In this document: in pieces, positions 38,833-64,000 of the stretch
Layout of the letters: every line of letters starts with the position of its first letter
Numbering within the stretch: the first letter of the stretch is position 1
From: Phoronis australis
Taxonomy: Eukaryota > Animalia > Phoronida
Assembly (NCBI GenBank): GCA_002633005.1
Contig: NMRA01000471.1
Span: 39,522-103,521, forward strand
Reading direction: 5' to 3'
DNA: 64,000 nt
Notes under the pieces: model-generated
The model's input: only the letters and a program-made list of their open reading frames with translations
Told to the model about the DNA's origin: nothing
The model's database searches: none
Program-made: the position numbers and the translations under genes

Positions 38833-41534
38833 GCTGTCACCAGGGGATATAACGTCATATCCTCTCATGACAGCACTGTGAAAATGTCCCGTTTGATTTG
38901 GGCAAGTGACTAAACGAAGCATTGTTGGAGGGTCAATTAAAAACATCACAACCTCATGTCACTGTATGCACAAAAGCCATTCTCAATGAATCGCGACAAT
39001 TCGACACCTGAGACACTCGATTTTCAAGTATCTTCCTCTGGAGCTAACGTATTAGTTTTTCTTAATTTAACGTATGAATGATAAGTTTTGAACAATTTCC
39101 TCAGCTCAGCAAGTGCAGTTATAGAGTTATTTTGTTGTTTTATTAGAGCAACTGGATAATTTTTTTGAAAACAGAAAAACGCGTTCGTTGGGTTAATTTT
39201 CGGTCTAGTTTGTAATCATTGACAACGAACAATCTCATTGTGCAATTTTATCAATCAGTATGCTTGGTAAAATCGAGAAAAACAGCTCTTAGTATTTTCT
39301 ACTTTCTTGTGTATTTTTCATGGACATATAAAAATTTAACTTTTGAACTAAATTTTTACCTTTTTAAAACACGTCGTTTGTTTATAACTGTGTTTTATAA
39401 AAACAGGTGCCGTGGTGTTTGCACTTGTCTTAATCTTCATTAGCGACTATCGATCATTCAGAAACTGGTATCCAATATCCGGTAACGTGATGACTAAAAA
39501 ACCCTTAAGTGAATTTAAAGACGTCTCGTAAATGACACATCATGTCCCGTAAGTGAGTGCAAGTGATATTGTGACGTTGGCTAATATTTCTGACCACCAA
39601 CACTTCAGGAAATAACTGGTATGAAATAATGACGGATAGTACACGTATTTAAGGCTATTTGTTGTCACCTGTATGAGTTGATGTAACTGATTACGTAATA
39701 AAAATAGCAACAGATTATAATTCAAGTGTCTGTGATGCAAGAAGGCACATTGGAGACATTTGTAACACAACTCACATGTACATGTACAGGTAAATCCAAA
39801 AGTTTGCATTCAACATTTTTACAACATTTGATAAACAATTGTGCCTGACATCTAACACGTCACAAGTCACGTCCCGTAAATGACAACTTAAGGTAATTCA
39901 AGTGTTGACAATTGGGCTAAAGACTGTTAAGGTTAAAAAACTTTTAGCAGCAATTTTAACTCGGCTTTAAACGTCATTAGGAAAAATCAAGATAGTCCAG
40001 TAATTCATCTGACGTCTTGAACGCTCTGCAGCTTTCCCAGTAGATGCGAGGTCAAAGACGAGCTTCAGGATGTCATCTTTCCGTAGCCAAATCTTGTTTC
40101 CTTTGGCCACATAAACAATCCACTCATTTTACTGGACGGCTGCAACAAGTTAAGTTCCACAGGCAAGTCGACATCATCTGAGTCCACGACTTGTCCGAGA
40201 TATTGCCTTGCTTCACTTATATATTGACTTCTTTGGTCTCAGCTAACAATCTGTTGTTTTCTTGTCTTCCGACTTTTTGTACTTCTGTCAGTTCTGACAC
40301 TGGTACGAAATACCCGTAACTCGTCGTTCACTTTCTCTTCTAAGCCATTCGTCACCAAGTTGTGCCTTTTTACGGGCTCTGTAGACTATTCCTTCATCCG
40401 CTGCGACTTGGACTTTGGCATTCCGCAACGCAAACCAAGGTGACAAACTCTAATTAATAGGTATTAAATAAAATAAAAGATGTCATTATTATTTTTTCAA
40501 GGTCAGCTGCATTAAGTTATGTATCGTCACAGATAACAATTTAATTACTACTTAAAAATGAAATGAATTTGAGTGAAAATAGAACAAATCACTTACGGGA
40601 CACTGGATGTCATTTACGTGACAATTTTTTACGAGAACTTATCAAGACCAATGTCAAGCAAATTCTAATCAAAGTATGTTTCACAGGAAGCATTTCGTCA
40701 CTTCTTCTAGTACGTTAATAACGACCCTAAAACATGTGAATTATAAGTGACATTACTGAAAACTTACCCAAAAGTTCTGCTGACTTCTTTAGCGAATATT
40801 TTCATACAGTATCGATGTCGGTTGAAGCGCATGTGCTCGTTCTTGAAAAATTGACCTATATTCATGTCACACATGCGAATAGTAGGTGAAATTAATTGGA
40901 CTTTACCTAATTATAAAATTGTCGTCCCGTAAATGAAGGCTCGTAAATGATAAGCAACCAATTTCAAATGCCAATTTTTTTCCTAAATGTTCGCTAAAAA
41001 CTTTCAAACCTGTTTATTGATTTCGCACATCACCATAGCTTTGTTGAGTTATTTTAGTTTCCACATCTTCATTTTAATCAACGCAGTATTGTTGAATTTA
41101 TGCACGTCTTGTAAATAATTCTAAAAAAAGTTCCACCGCGCTTCTTGAAAAGCAGTGCCACACAGCCACTTTCAGATGAGGCAAAGATTTAAAAAAATAA
41201 TGCCATCGCCGTTTTTTGTGTATTACAAATTATTGATCGCAAATTCACTAAAATATCTTCTGAAACTTTTTTTACAAAAACACGCCAATGAGGTCTCGTA
41301 AATGATTTGAGATTTGGCTTCACTCAGTAAACATGGTGGTAATTAAAATTTATTTTTTGTTTATTATAAACGTTGACTTTCTCTTTAAATATGTCTCGCT
41401 GAGTTTCCAAAACGCATTTATTCATTTCGATTGGACAGGTTATTATAACAAAAAAGAGCCTGTTTCTACATTGTCGTTTTTTCAGCTTCACGCAATTTTA
41501 TGGAACCCTAGGCTACATGGCGCATTGTGACAGC
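38833..41534 (-). mobile_element. Internally deleted DNA transposon with a decayed ORF
   Basis: TA|GCTGTCAC...GTGACAGC|TA ends; repeated GTCYCGTAAATGA motifs; broken minus-strand ORF from ATG 40421 (MPKSKSQRMKEYRARKKAQLGDEWLRRE...) joined to a ...LFMWPKE..IWLRKDDIL segment. Confidence 0.6.
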
Positions 41535-44218
41535 TACCGTGTAAATTGTAGCCGGTCATAAGACACAGCACCCACATTAGACATATTTTTCTTTATTTTA
41601 AAGATCTTTTGACGTTGTTTCATGACTTCTGATATTCTCTGTGGTGAGCTGAACATTGGCTTCAGCATTTGTCGCGATTCATTGAGAATGAATGTATAGT
41701 AACATGGTTTCGATAGTTTAACCAGTGTGAGGCATAATTCGGTGGATAGCTTTCGGCATATGGAGGGCTTATGAGATGCCCACCGTCTCTCAGTGCCAGT
41801 TGAGACGGCGGTACGGTACTGTCTACATACCAATATATGTATATGATATAATTAATTTCACAGGGTGAGAAGCAGAGCTACATGGGCCGAATGAAATTTC
41901 GAGGTCTATGTGAGGTTAGCATACTGCGGTCCCTAGCTGTATTTTGGTGTTAGCCTTCATACAGCTAGCTGGCTGGCTAGAGAACCAGCTAGGAGGACCT
42001 GAGCATTGGTCTTGACTCTTGAGGCTTGATGGACCACCCGAACTCTGACCCAAAACTGGGGATGGCTTGGTGGACCAGTAAGGCTATCACGAGTCCTCGA
42101 AAAGTTTAAGACCTTGGCAACATTCACATAGAAAACAGGCTGCAATTTCAGAAGAATGCAAACTACAATAAAAATAGCCATCAAACTCGACCATGAGTTA
42201 TGACGTATGCAGCCATCATCGGGTGCAAGGACCAAGAAACTGGAAAGTGTTTCTCTTGTGATCAAATCAGCTGTTTAATGATCAATAATTACAAATTTCA
42301 GGAATGCCAAACGATCTGAACATATAGCTGAATTGCATTCGATCAGCACTTACATCTAGATGGTGCTCAAGAGTTGTACAAAAACGTGCCAGCAATACCC
42401 CACTCTTTCTTCTGAACACAAACCAAAACAACAACACATGAAAAACTTTGCAAATGACGTCTTGATCAACAAACCCAGGCATCTTGGGTAATCCACTTGA
42501 CCTAGTTATTATGACAGCGCGTTTTAATGAAATTGGAACTGTTCAAATGTTGATAACAATGCACACATCGCAAATTAGTTGTTTTTTCATAACATTCGAT
42601 AAGATAAAACTCGATTATAACATTCTTTTGGAGTCTAATTAAGTTTTTCTCATCAAGAGGGAGGGCAGTGTACTGTCTTGAAGCAATGGCTGTTCTAAAG
42701 CATTCCCTCTAAAATTATGCAAATTATTTCTTCTCGTGGCTGTAATGGCGCTTGTGTTTTTGGGGTAAGAAAATGGTATATTTTTCCAAATTAAACTAGT
42801 GAAACTGTATTTCGCTAAGGTTTTGTGTAGGGCATACGTTATAAAAGTGTTTGTTCTGAACTTTCACACTTCTTTATTTTCTATTTCTGCCACAATACGA
42901 GGAGAAAACTAGTTCTTCGTAACGTTTTGTGGGTTCAACTTTATTTTCGACCTCGTCATTCTGTTTCGCCAATTTTCCAGGTTGTTTATTAATAAAGTAC
43001 GACAAACCAGCTCATACATTGTTTGACTTCACCGGCAAGTAGACAGCTGTGTCATGTTTTATAAGTGTGTGTTTTATTTATGCGCATTATTTATGTTATG
43101 TTGTGTTTTACAAGGTTTTTCCAACCAGGAAAGTGAAAAATGTTGGAGTTCACGATTGAAAACGAGGTTCTCTGTAATACCCTCTGTTGCAGGATTTTAA
43201 TGAAACCCAAGTAAATTTGGACAGCTTGTTACAAAGCACTTTCAGCTTTCTCCATGTTTATAGTTATGGCAGGGGTATATCTGTATTGTACTGCAATGAA
43301 ATGAAAATTATGTTCTAGAAACCTGACATACTTCCTGACTGTTGGAACTTAATGACTTTTGGAAACTCGAGTCTTTTATCCAAGTCTCCGAATATTATTT
43401 TTTCAGCTGAAATGCATTTTATTTAACCTTTCCCTTCAATTTTCAAAAAGTGAAGCTGAAAACATTGTTACTGCTGACTTACAGCTTTGACCTCTAATTG
43501 TTTATTAATATTCTGATTGTTATTTGTACCTCACGAACTTGATTATAGCTGTGGAATGTAAGAATTGAAAAAGATTTTGATATTAGGGACTATAAAGTTA
43601 AAAGTAAAGAAATGAAGTGACTTGATTTATTCAAGTCGGCCAAATAAGCCAGTTTTTGCTGTTTACCTAGCGAGCTTTCCAGCAATCTTATTCGTCAGTA
43701 GATGTGACGTATCAACTTTGTCGGCCAAATAAGTTAATTTTTGCAATTAATTCACCCGACAATCTTTTCGGCCCGTCATTACGTTACGTGGCATGATTAC
43801 CTGAAAAGATCAATATTTCATTAGAAAATATTTTCAGTATCACACTAAGGGTTATGAAATGATGGATTAAATATATTATACTAAGCACAGCTGGATAAAG
43901 TCCACGAGGTTGCCGAATTTGAACTATTTAAAGTCATGTGCGACCCTTGAAAAATGTCCAAGTTTGGCTAACTTCGGAACGTCCTAGAAACGGCCGATTG
44001 GATCGACGTGAAACTTTCAAATATTGTGTTTTATGCACTGTTCTCAAAAATTATGTTCAAAATTTTGCACTTTTACGTGTAGGGTTATCAAAATGGGTCT
44101 TTAATGATTTTCATAAAAAATGAAGTTGAATAAATTTGAAGTTATGAAAGGGATATGACATTGCCTGTAGTTAAAAAGACAAACATGATGTTTTTGATAG
44201 AATTTGCAAGTGTCAAGG

Positions 44219-45223
44219 CATAGGCGGATTTAGGGGGGGGGCCCAGGGGGCCCGTGCCCCCCCCTTGGCTGCCGCAAAAAAAATAAAACAGAGCGTAGGG
44301 AAATGGTGAGTTTATTAATTAACCCCGGTAATTAAAATTATACGGATGAAAAAAGATTTAAATTTGTGCAGTTTTAGTGTTTGGGGGGGGGGGCTCAAAC
44401 CCAATTTCAAGTGTCAAATTCGGAACACTGCGCATTCGTAACGGAACTATGGCTAAGTATAGGCTCTCCCACGATATCCCAGGCGACCGGCAGTGGCGCT
44501 GCGCACTACGACTCTGTTTTCGTCGTCTGCTCCACTGTGCAATGAAGAAAATTTACTTCATTTTTTAAAGAAAATGGAACCTGAGTGACGATGAAAAAAC
44601 AGAAGCTGCTGGTAAGATGGGAATTTTAATCGAAGCCTTAGTGAATCACTCAGAAACTCGCAATACTCTCTTTGTCAAACCTTATGTTAAGACGATTTCC
44701 AAAGCAATCCCGTCATTATTGCCAACACGAAAAACGGATTTGGTCTTTTGGGCATTTGAAGACTATTTTAAATACGACAAATTTGTTAAGAATTCATGGC
44801 ACAAAATATAAAACGTGTAATAAGCATTACGAAAAGAAGTAGGTTTCGCGCGCAAACGCTGTGGACCATAAACAAGTAAGTCTTTTAGCATGAGATTACT
44901 AGTTAAATCGTGGTGGTGTAGTGGTAACGCACGCGCTCTCTAACCGCGAGGTTGTGAGTTCAAGTCTTTGGTACGTTCAGTTTTCCTGTTTGACACGTTC
45001 TCTGTTTTTTTTTTCTTGAATAATACTTCAGGAATCAAGGAAAATGCTTGATTTTTAGAGGTAAAAACAGAAAAATTTCCTGGGCGCGAGGGGGGCAAAC
45101 CCCCCTCCCGACCTCCCCCCATTCGGTGCTATGCGCATCTACAATCGTGGTTCAGTTTGCGCAAATGCTTACAGCCGGACAAAATGTTGGGCCCCCCCTT
45201 GTGATATCCTAGATCCGCCACTG
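44219..45223. mobile_element. MITE / non-autonomous DNA transposon
   Basis: Imperfect TIRs CATAGGCGGATTTAGG / CCTAGATCCGCCACTG; flanking direct repeat TCAAGG; contains a tRNA-like SINE head at ~44909-44966. Confidence 0.75.
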
Positions 45224-48200
45224 TCAAGGTTATGAGACTAAAAAAGTAAGCATTATTTGTTCTGGCCTGCATCTGACTCATTGTATGCCTGCATTTCACT
45301 GTTTCAAGAAAAGAGCACATGCCCACGTTATTTTTTCCACAGTTCTTTACAAGCTACATGGATGTATATGACCTATTTTTAACGAATAGGCTTGGCAATG
45401 CATTGACAATGGCCTCTGTCATGATCTTAGTGTTATTTGACATTAACTTTCTGTTCTGGTGTTAAACTTATCTAGTTGATGTGAAATGGTTTTAGGATTT
45501 ACCAGTTTAGAAGAATTTTTTTCCAAAATAGTATTTTATCATTTTACATTGAGTCTTCTTTGTGAATAGCCACAGCTTTATTGTTTGTCTATAATTAATA
45601 TTCAAAAATGCTCTTCTGTACATAACCCCTCGCTCACTTAGGGTATTTTGGACAAACTTTTGAAAAAAGTGTCCTTACAAAGTTGTGGGTGCATATCCTA
45701 AGTGCATATTCTAAGTGCTTATCCTAAGTTCCTATCGCTAGCATATTTGTAATTTGATCATAATTTCCTGAATTTTGGCCTGTTTTCAGTTATTTTCACA
45801 CTCATACCTTGGGAAATTCTCTTTTGTGAGCAAGTCCTCCAACACTTCTCATGGAATTTGGATTTAACTATGCTAACAAAATGTCGTCGTTTATATCTTT
45901 GACATTTTGTGATTCTACAGTACTTTCCTTTTGTTTTTGATATTTACTCATCCACGATCAGAAATGGTGGTATTGCAACACATTCAGTATTACTCAGCAA
46001 GATGTTCAACCACACTTTATAAAAAGTGTGCTAACAAAGTGCTGTTTCACACATGGCAAGCATTTGGTCATATTTTCCAGAATTTTGTGGTGTTCTTTAT
46101 TGTCAAGCATTCACTCATGTACTTCTACTGTAAACCTTTGGCAGGGGAATATTACAGTTGGCAGCTACCTTGTTGACAGTTGTATGTCTTAAAAAAGTTG
46201 TTTTAATATTCTTCTGGTCATTACATTGATTTGGATACTTGGCAAGCTATTGATATAAGACTAGGTCTATGGGGAGAGCAATTAAAGTTCCTTCTTGTTA
46301 ATTGAAATTTCTCAAAAGTAATTGCAAATTGCTTAAATTTTCTGTTCCCCAATGACTGAATTCTGTGCTTTATGATGCTGAGAGACCTAGTGTACATAAG
46401 GATTAATTAGAACTGTTTCGGGTTCGTTGACATATTTGACAAAATGTCATGTTTCAAGCTTATAATGGGTGATGGTAAGTTGGTGAAAAACTACCATATG
46501 TATACCCTGGTCACACCCTACTGGTAAAACAAGTTCAGTAAGGTCTGTAGTTCAGTCAAATTAATGTAGCTTGAAATTCAAGTATTAGTGTGTGTGAGTG
46601 TGCTAATTTAAGGGCAGGATACTGACTTGCATTGTGACCTGACCAACATTACAAGGGTTGCTGTTGTCACAGTAGGACTCAAAACATGTAGCCGGATCTG
46701 CAATGTTGGTTTTTCTTGTCACCGTCTCTCTTTGTTCCTTGTTGTAACTGGCATATTTTTACTCTGTGCAAGTGTTTGTTATCAGCAAACCATTTGCATT
46801 TTTATCAGTTATTTTAGTCTATATAGTTTCACTGTCCCCTACTGACCTATATATGTATAGGATAATTCTTCACTTATTTCAAAGTACACAATATGGCTAA
46901 CAAGTGAATTCAATTTTGTCACAGTTCCGCTGTAATAGAGATTGAGAAAAATTTAGCATATCATGTATTGTGTAGATGCCATAAAATACCGTTTGGTAAA
47001 GTTTCCGCTGCTTGTAGAAAAGTAGTCATCCTTTGTAAAATGACAAGTGTGGCACCTGTTTTTTTGTGTGAAATATTGGAGAATGTTATATGTGCATGTA
47101 CAATGAATGGTTCTGGCATTATTATTATGTATTATGAGGAATGAGAAGGCTTTTTAGAAAAAAATGCCACTTGAGGGCAAAACCAATTTATCCCTCAGTT
47201 TTCTGTGATATAAAACACTTGTTGTCTGGTAGGAACCTTCTGTTCCTTCATTTTGATGCTTGTAGAACTATTTGTATGATGTCATAGGTCATCAGGTCAA
47301 AACTAATAACAACAAAAATATAGGAATGTTTTTTGTCTGTTGTGTTAAACTTGCATTTTTGCTTAGTTACGTATTTGACAGTGGTTTATTATTGATCAGA
47401 ATTGTAAGTTATTCAGCTACACTGCTTACTGTTTTTTGAAGTTTGATTGATTCGCATACATCGATAAATAAATGTTTGAAGGTTCCCATTTATGTCGAGC
47501 AATATTACACTCGAGTAATACGCCTCAGACATTGAGTATCCTTGCACACATTTTATTTATATACCTTTTTTCAAGTCTACTTCTAGTGCGTGTGCCGTGA
47601 CTTAGCGGTAATGTGTGCGCTTTGCAAATTCTGAGACCCAAGTTCAAATCTCTTGCAAGCCAAGTTTCAAATTTTCCGCCAAATCGGTATGTCATGGATG
47701 ATATGTTGTAACTGAAATGGTCATATGTCTAGAAAAATCACAATAAGTGAGGGATATTTATGCTATATCCTTGCATTTTTTTGTAAATTATCTCAAAGAT
47801 GGCTCAAGTTGTATAATAACTATTTATAGTAGGTTTTTTCATTTTGCCACAAGTGTTTTTGGTAATAAAGCTGTCGTCTTATTTTGAAATCAGATAATAC
47901 TTAAAAGCATAGCAGATAGTTCTGGTTTTGTTTTTTGAAATTGGTGCGATGATACAGTATCTTTTTGTTGTTCATCTAAAAATGACTTGATGTTTAAGTG
48001 GTGTTTTTTCTCAACAGAAACCAACTTCACCACTGATGAGTGTGAGACAGTGGTCATAACCAATTTTTTGTCATTGGAGGCCCATCAGTAGGTTGGTGTG
48101 CCTCACTATGTCATTAAATGAATCAGTTTTCGTGCATTTGTATGACATTTGAAAAACATCAAGATCTTGGCTAAAAATGATGCATTTTTTAAGCAGTGAG

Positions 48201-49549
48201 GTTAAGATGCATGTTTCAGACTGAGCTGGTAGGCAGAACAGAATCAGATATGCTTTTTTATTAGGCTTAAACACTTGTTTTTAAATTGTCTGGCTGTTTA
48301 AATATCAGAAGATGCCTGTAGACTACACAACTGATGTGTATATGGGTTAGTCTGGCTGTGGGTTAATTGATATTCTATATTCTACATGAATGGAATATTC
48401 TATATTGTGTGTATCAAATATTGTTTACTAGAACCATCCTTGACTTTTATTGATTAGTGTTGAGACTCTAATATGGGTGGATTTCATGTTAGTCTGTAAA
48501 TTTATATTTGTGGCTGTTGTAATTTTAACCTGAAGTAATAACTGTTTGATACATGTGAGTTTAATGCTTGTATTTTTATCTCCGATAACGATAACATCTT
48601 TGTATTATGGCTGCACTAAACCTACTGTTGTAGTCACGAGTAATTCTCGAATTCAATATTGCTGGAAAATTAATTTCTATTCAGAGTTTTTTGCATGATG
48701 GGTTATCAAAAATAAGACTTCTGATGTTTTTGCAATAAACGATAATAAAATGATAACTGAGTAATCTGTAATGGCGTTTTTGAGATTTTATCTCAACATC
48801 TGTTTTAAACAAAGTTTGGGTTATTTTATTGATACCGTTGTTTTGCTATGATTTTACCATTCTTTGTGCTAACTATTATTAAAAAATATGGTCATGTGAT
48901 TTATAGCAGATTCGTATAATGTTAAAATTCTAATTCTACAGGCTTTCTAATTTTAGAAAATATTTCTTATGTTAAATTCTGTAATTTTGTTGCTATTTAG
49001 CTGAATATAGAGACTTGTTGATGATGCTGTACATAACTTTGATATTATTTATGAGCTGGTCATAGAATGTGTGGTTGGAAGTTGTGTAAGAAACATCACT
49101 CATTCTGTTGTGCAGTCGCATTAAGTTGAGTATCTGACTCATCATGTTCTAATTACCATAATTAAAAACTTGAATTGATTTGCCTTCCTCCTTATGTAAA
49201 GAGCTTTTAAACACACTGCTCTGTGCTGTTCTGTGTACACGGATTTGTTTCTACTGAATTAAATTTGCATTCAGGAAGAGCCCCCTGGGGTTCTTTTGGA
49301 AAATAGATGGTACTCATTTGGAATATTGTATGTGCTGCCCTAAGTACCTCATACAGTCATGCTCTTAAAAAGTAACAGGAAAATGTTAATTTGGTGTGGT
49401 CTTGGTTACACTAAAGAAATCTGGAGACACTTCTGTTGACCAAGTGTTGAACCTGAAATATTTTGCACTTCCTGTTGAGGTGGCATCAGCAAGAAAACTG
49501 GTTCTGTGATCATCTTCAGCGTGGAACCAGGAACCTACACATTACAGTC

Positions 49550-49785
49550 AAATGTTCTGCTGGTCCAGCTAAATGTTCTGCTGGTCCAGCTAAATGTTTT
49601 GCTGGTCAAGTTAAATGTTCTGCTGGTCCAGCTAAATGTTCTGCTGGTCCAGCTAAATGTTCTGCTGGTCCAGCTAAATGTTCTGCTGGTCCAGCTAAAT
49701 GGTCTGCTGGTCTAGCTAAATGCTCTGCTGGTCCAGCTAAATGTTCTGCTGGTCCAGCTAAATGTTCTGCTGGTCCAGCTAAATG
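49550..49785. repeat. 21-bp minisatellite (AAATGTTCTGCTGGTCCAGCT)
   Basis: About 11 copies. Confidence 0.92.
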
Positions 49786-51236
49786 CCACTTGATAAATGA
49801 CTTGAGTATTTCAAGTGTATGTAAGTAGTGAAGTCATTGACCGATTTCAGTGAATGTCTAGAAGACAATGACAAGAATTGACTACTTTAATAAAATCACA
49901 AACCAGCTTATAATGTTTTATGGCTCCGGTCAATGCTAATAAGATCAAAAAGTCTATCCCGTCCACAGTAATCTAAAAATGCGTTTTTCAATTGTAAAAA
50001 TGATAGTGCCTCTGAGGATTACAAAATGAGTCTACATTGACTTTTTGCACATATTGTCCACATTATGAGCTTGCAAAACATTCTAGAAACAGTTTCATTT
50101 GGGGATTTTTCAAATGTTTTCTTGAAAAGCTCTCGCGCTGCTTTTGCCTGGTGACTGCTCTTTGGAAATTCCCTTTTGGCTTTGATGAAAGCATTTCTCA
50201 AGCACAGAAACATTACATGTAGTCTACTGTATTAATTGGTATTTGCTGCTAGTTGGAAATAACCACCAGTTCTTCTCTACTCTAGTGCAAAAACATCCTG
50301 AAGTTTTGAATCGATGTGCGCTTGGTTAGAGTAATTGTGCCGCTTTGTAACCAGTTCTTTTTCAACATGAGCAGAGGTATAATGTCTCAAAAGGTTGATC
50401 CCCAGATAGTATTTGGAAAAATAGACCTTTAGCAAAATGCCAAGAGGAGATTTTGTCCCATTTCTGTTGACGTCATAGTGGCCGTTTTCACTCCATGGAC
50501 TATAGGTACTCTTGTCATCTGTAATAGAAAAATCAGACCGGTAGGTGAAGCACCGTAACTGCATATAAATTAAGAATCAAATAAGTTGACCTGCATTGTA
50601 CATTATTTTAGGAATAATTGATACATTTAATTGTTAGTTTAGTAAATGCATATTTAACTGCAATTTTTATTGTTTTGGGGAGAACATATTAATCTAAAAA
50701 TTTGTAAGTGGTCCCCTGCCTTCTAGAGGCTACCGTGGGCCGATGTTGAGAACTTTATGAACCTCCAATGTAAATGAGCACAACTTATAGTTTGCATTTG
50801 TGTCAAAAATAACTGCGAGAATTTTGCTTTCCAAGACGGTTAGGCAAATATCTCACTTTTGGGGTTTCCTTCATGTTGCAATTGTAAATCCTCATAAATG
50901 CTGGCGAGGTAAGTGCTTTGATGATTACTATCGTTAGTCAATGAAAATAAATCATCGCATGACCTAACAACAACAGATTTTTGTGTACTGTTTGCTTGGA
51001 AGATAGTTAACAGATGAGTGAGCATTTCACCTCATTGTGTGTGACGACAATTTCACTTGAGGAACCCAGTTCAGCTCATAGCTATCTATCTATGGTGCCC
51101 CTCGTTACTTGCGTTAGAAATCTTGAGGTTTGTTAGACGACGTGTTGGAATTCCATTAAATTCTTTTTAGTAAAAATTATTTTTTCGATTTGATTCTTGT
51201 TTGCCAATTCATTTTTTCTAGAATACGTATAAGCAT

Positions 51237-51628
51237 CTAACTTTTCTTGCGTACCAACTTAAGTCCTTAACTTTCCATGCGTACCAACTTAAGTCCCTAA
51301 CTTTCCATGCGTACCAACTTAAGTCCCTAACTTTCCATGCGTACCAACTTAAGTCCCTAACTTTCCATGCGTACCAACTTAAGTCCCTAACTTTCCATGC
51401 GTACCAACTTAAGCTCCTAACATTCCATGCGTACCAACTTTAGCCCCTAACTTTCCATGCATACCAACATAAGCTCCTAACTTTCCATGCGTATCAACTT
51501 TAGCCTCTAACTTTCCATGCGTACCAACTTAGTCCCTAAGTTTCCATGTATACCAACTTAAGCCCTTAACTTTCCTTGCGTACCAACTTAAGCTCCTAAC
51601 TTTCCATGCGTACCAACTTTAGCCCCTC
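51237..51628. repeat. ~30-bp minisatellite (CTAACTTTCCATGCGTACCAACTTAAGTCC)
   Basis: About 13 copies. Confidence 0.92.
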
Positions 51629-52235
51629 ATGGAAAAGTGCAACTAAAACACAATTGGAGAACAGTGCTTGATATGTGAACTCAATCGTACATTTCTGAGA
51701 TACGTTGTTTCGTAGCCAATTCTGAAAGTCTTCTAGAGTCCTTTAAAGTGGCTTTAAACCTGCATTTGATCCAAGAAGTGAATTTTCGATTTAAACCACT
51801 TGTCGCTATAAAATTGTTCTCAACCTTTTTCTTCTAGATGATTAATGATTTCTGGTTGTATTTCTAGAGACTGTGCTCGGTGCATAAACTGGCATGCCGT
51901 GGTCTGCTGGTCTAGTTAACTGTCATTTTTTTCAAAAGTCTTGTAATCGCCTTTGATTTAACTAAGGAGCAATGCTAGACCAAATCTCAGTATGGAAAGT
52001 GATACATCAGTTAGAAGTTGGTTTTCACCATGGAAGGCAGGTTCATAGCTGCTCGAATACCTTTGTTGATTAATGCACTGCTGCTGATCTGGTAACTTTT
52101 ACTGTCTTTGGTTTTCAAATACATAATATTGCTCGTTTATTTATAAAGTACTATTTTCAATCAATAGTTAATGTTTAGTGTTTAATAATCTTACTGCTTT
52201 ATTTTACATTTTAGAGTCTCAACTATCAAGTATTG

Positions 52236-64000
<11,765 letters not shown>

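Noticed and set aside
44909-44966. tRNA-like sequence with an apparent CTA anticodon (amber suppressor?)
   Set aside because: A and B boxes are present but there is no acceptor-stem pairing, and it lies inside a MITE; best read as a SINE head
47594-47660. tRNA-like sequence
   Set aside because: Degenerate boxes and no complete cloverleaf; probably a SINE fragment
49463-49828. ORF with KCSAGPA repeats
   Set aside because: 21-bp minisatellite with no splice-site support or domain

Overview
Eukaryotic (intron-containing, invertebrate metazoan; lophotrochozoan/mollusc-like is only a guess) genomic DNA. Most entries in the ORF track are spurious, so I rebuilt spliced genes by hand from GT-AG sites and codon phase. 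Three genes: (1) + strand MYT1/ST18/MYT1L-family CCHHC (C2HC) zinc-finger transcription factor, 15 coding exons, 3128-18787, ~1203 aa, six fingers in a 1+2+3 layout; (2) - strand PCMTD1/2-like protein-L-isoaspartate O-methyltransferase-domain protein, 4 coding exons, 35129-25587, 549 aa, with a widely split SOCS box; (3) + strand L3MBTL (l(3)mbt/L3MBTL3-like) chromatin reader, from ~52236 and running off the window end (FCS finger, MBT repeats). Introns and intergenic DNA hold a solo LTR with a cluster of perfect heat-shock elements, two Helentron/DINE-1-like non-autonomous elements carrying arrays of CTCF-like motifs, an internally deleted DNA transposon, several MITEs, SINE heads, many minisatellites and two assembly gaps. 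I found no evidence of a new multi-gene system. The best leads are the heat-shock-element-loaded antisense LTR inside MYT1, back-to-back poly(A) signals between MYT1 and PCMTD, the MYT1-PCMTD-L3MBTL linkage and the much-expanded PCMTD SOCS-box spacer.
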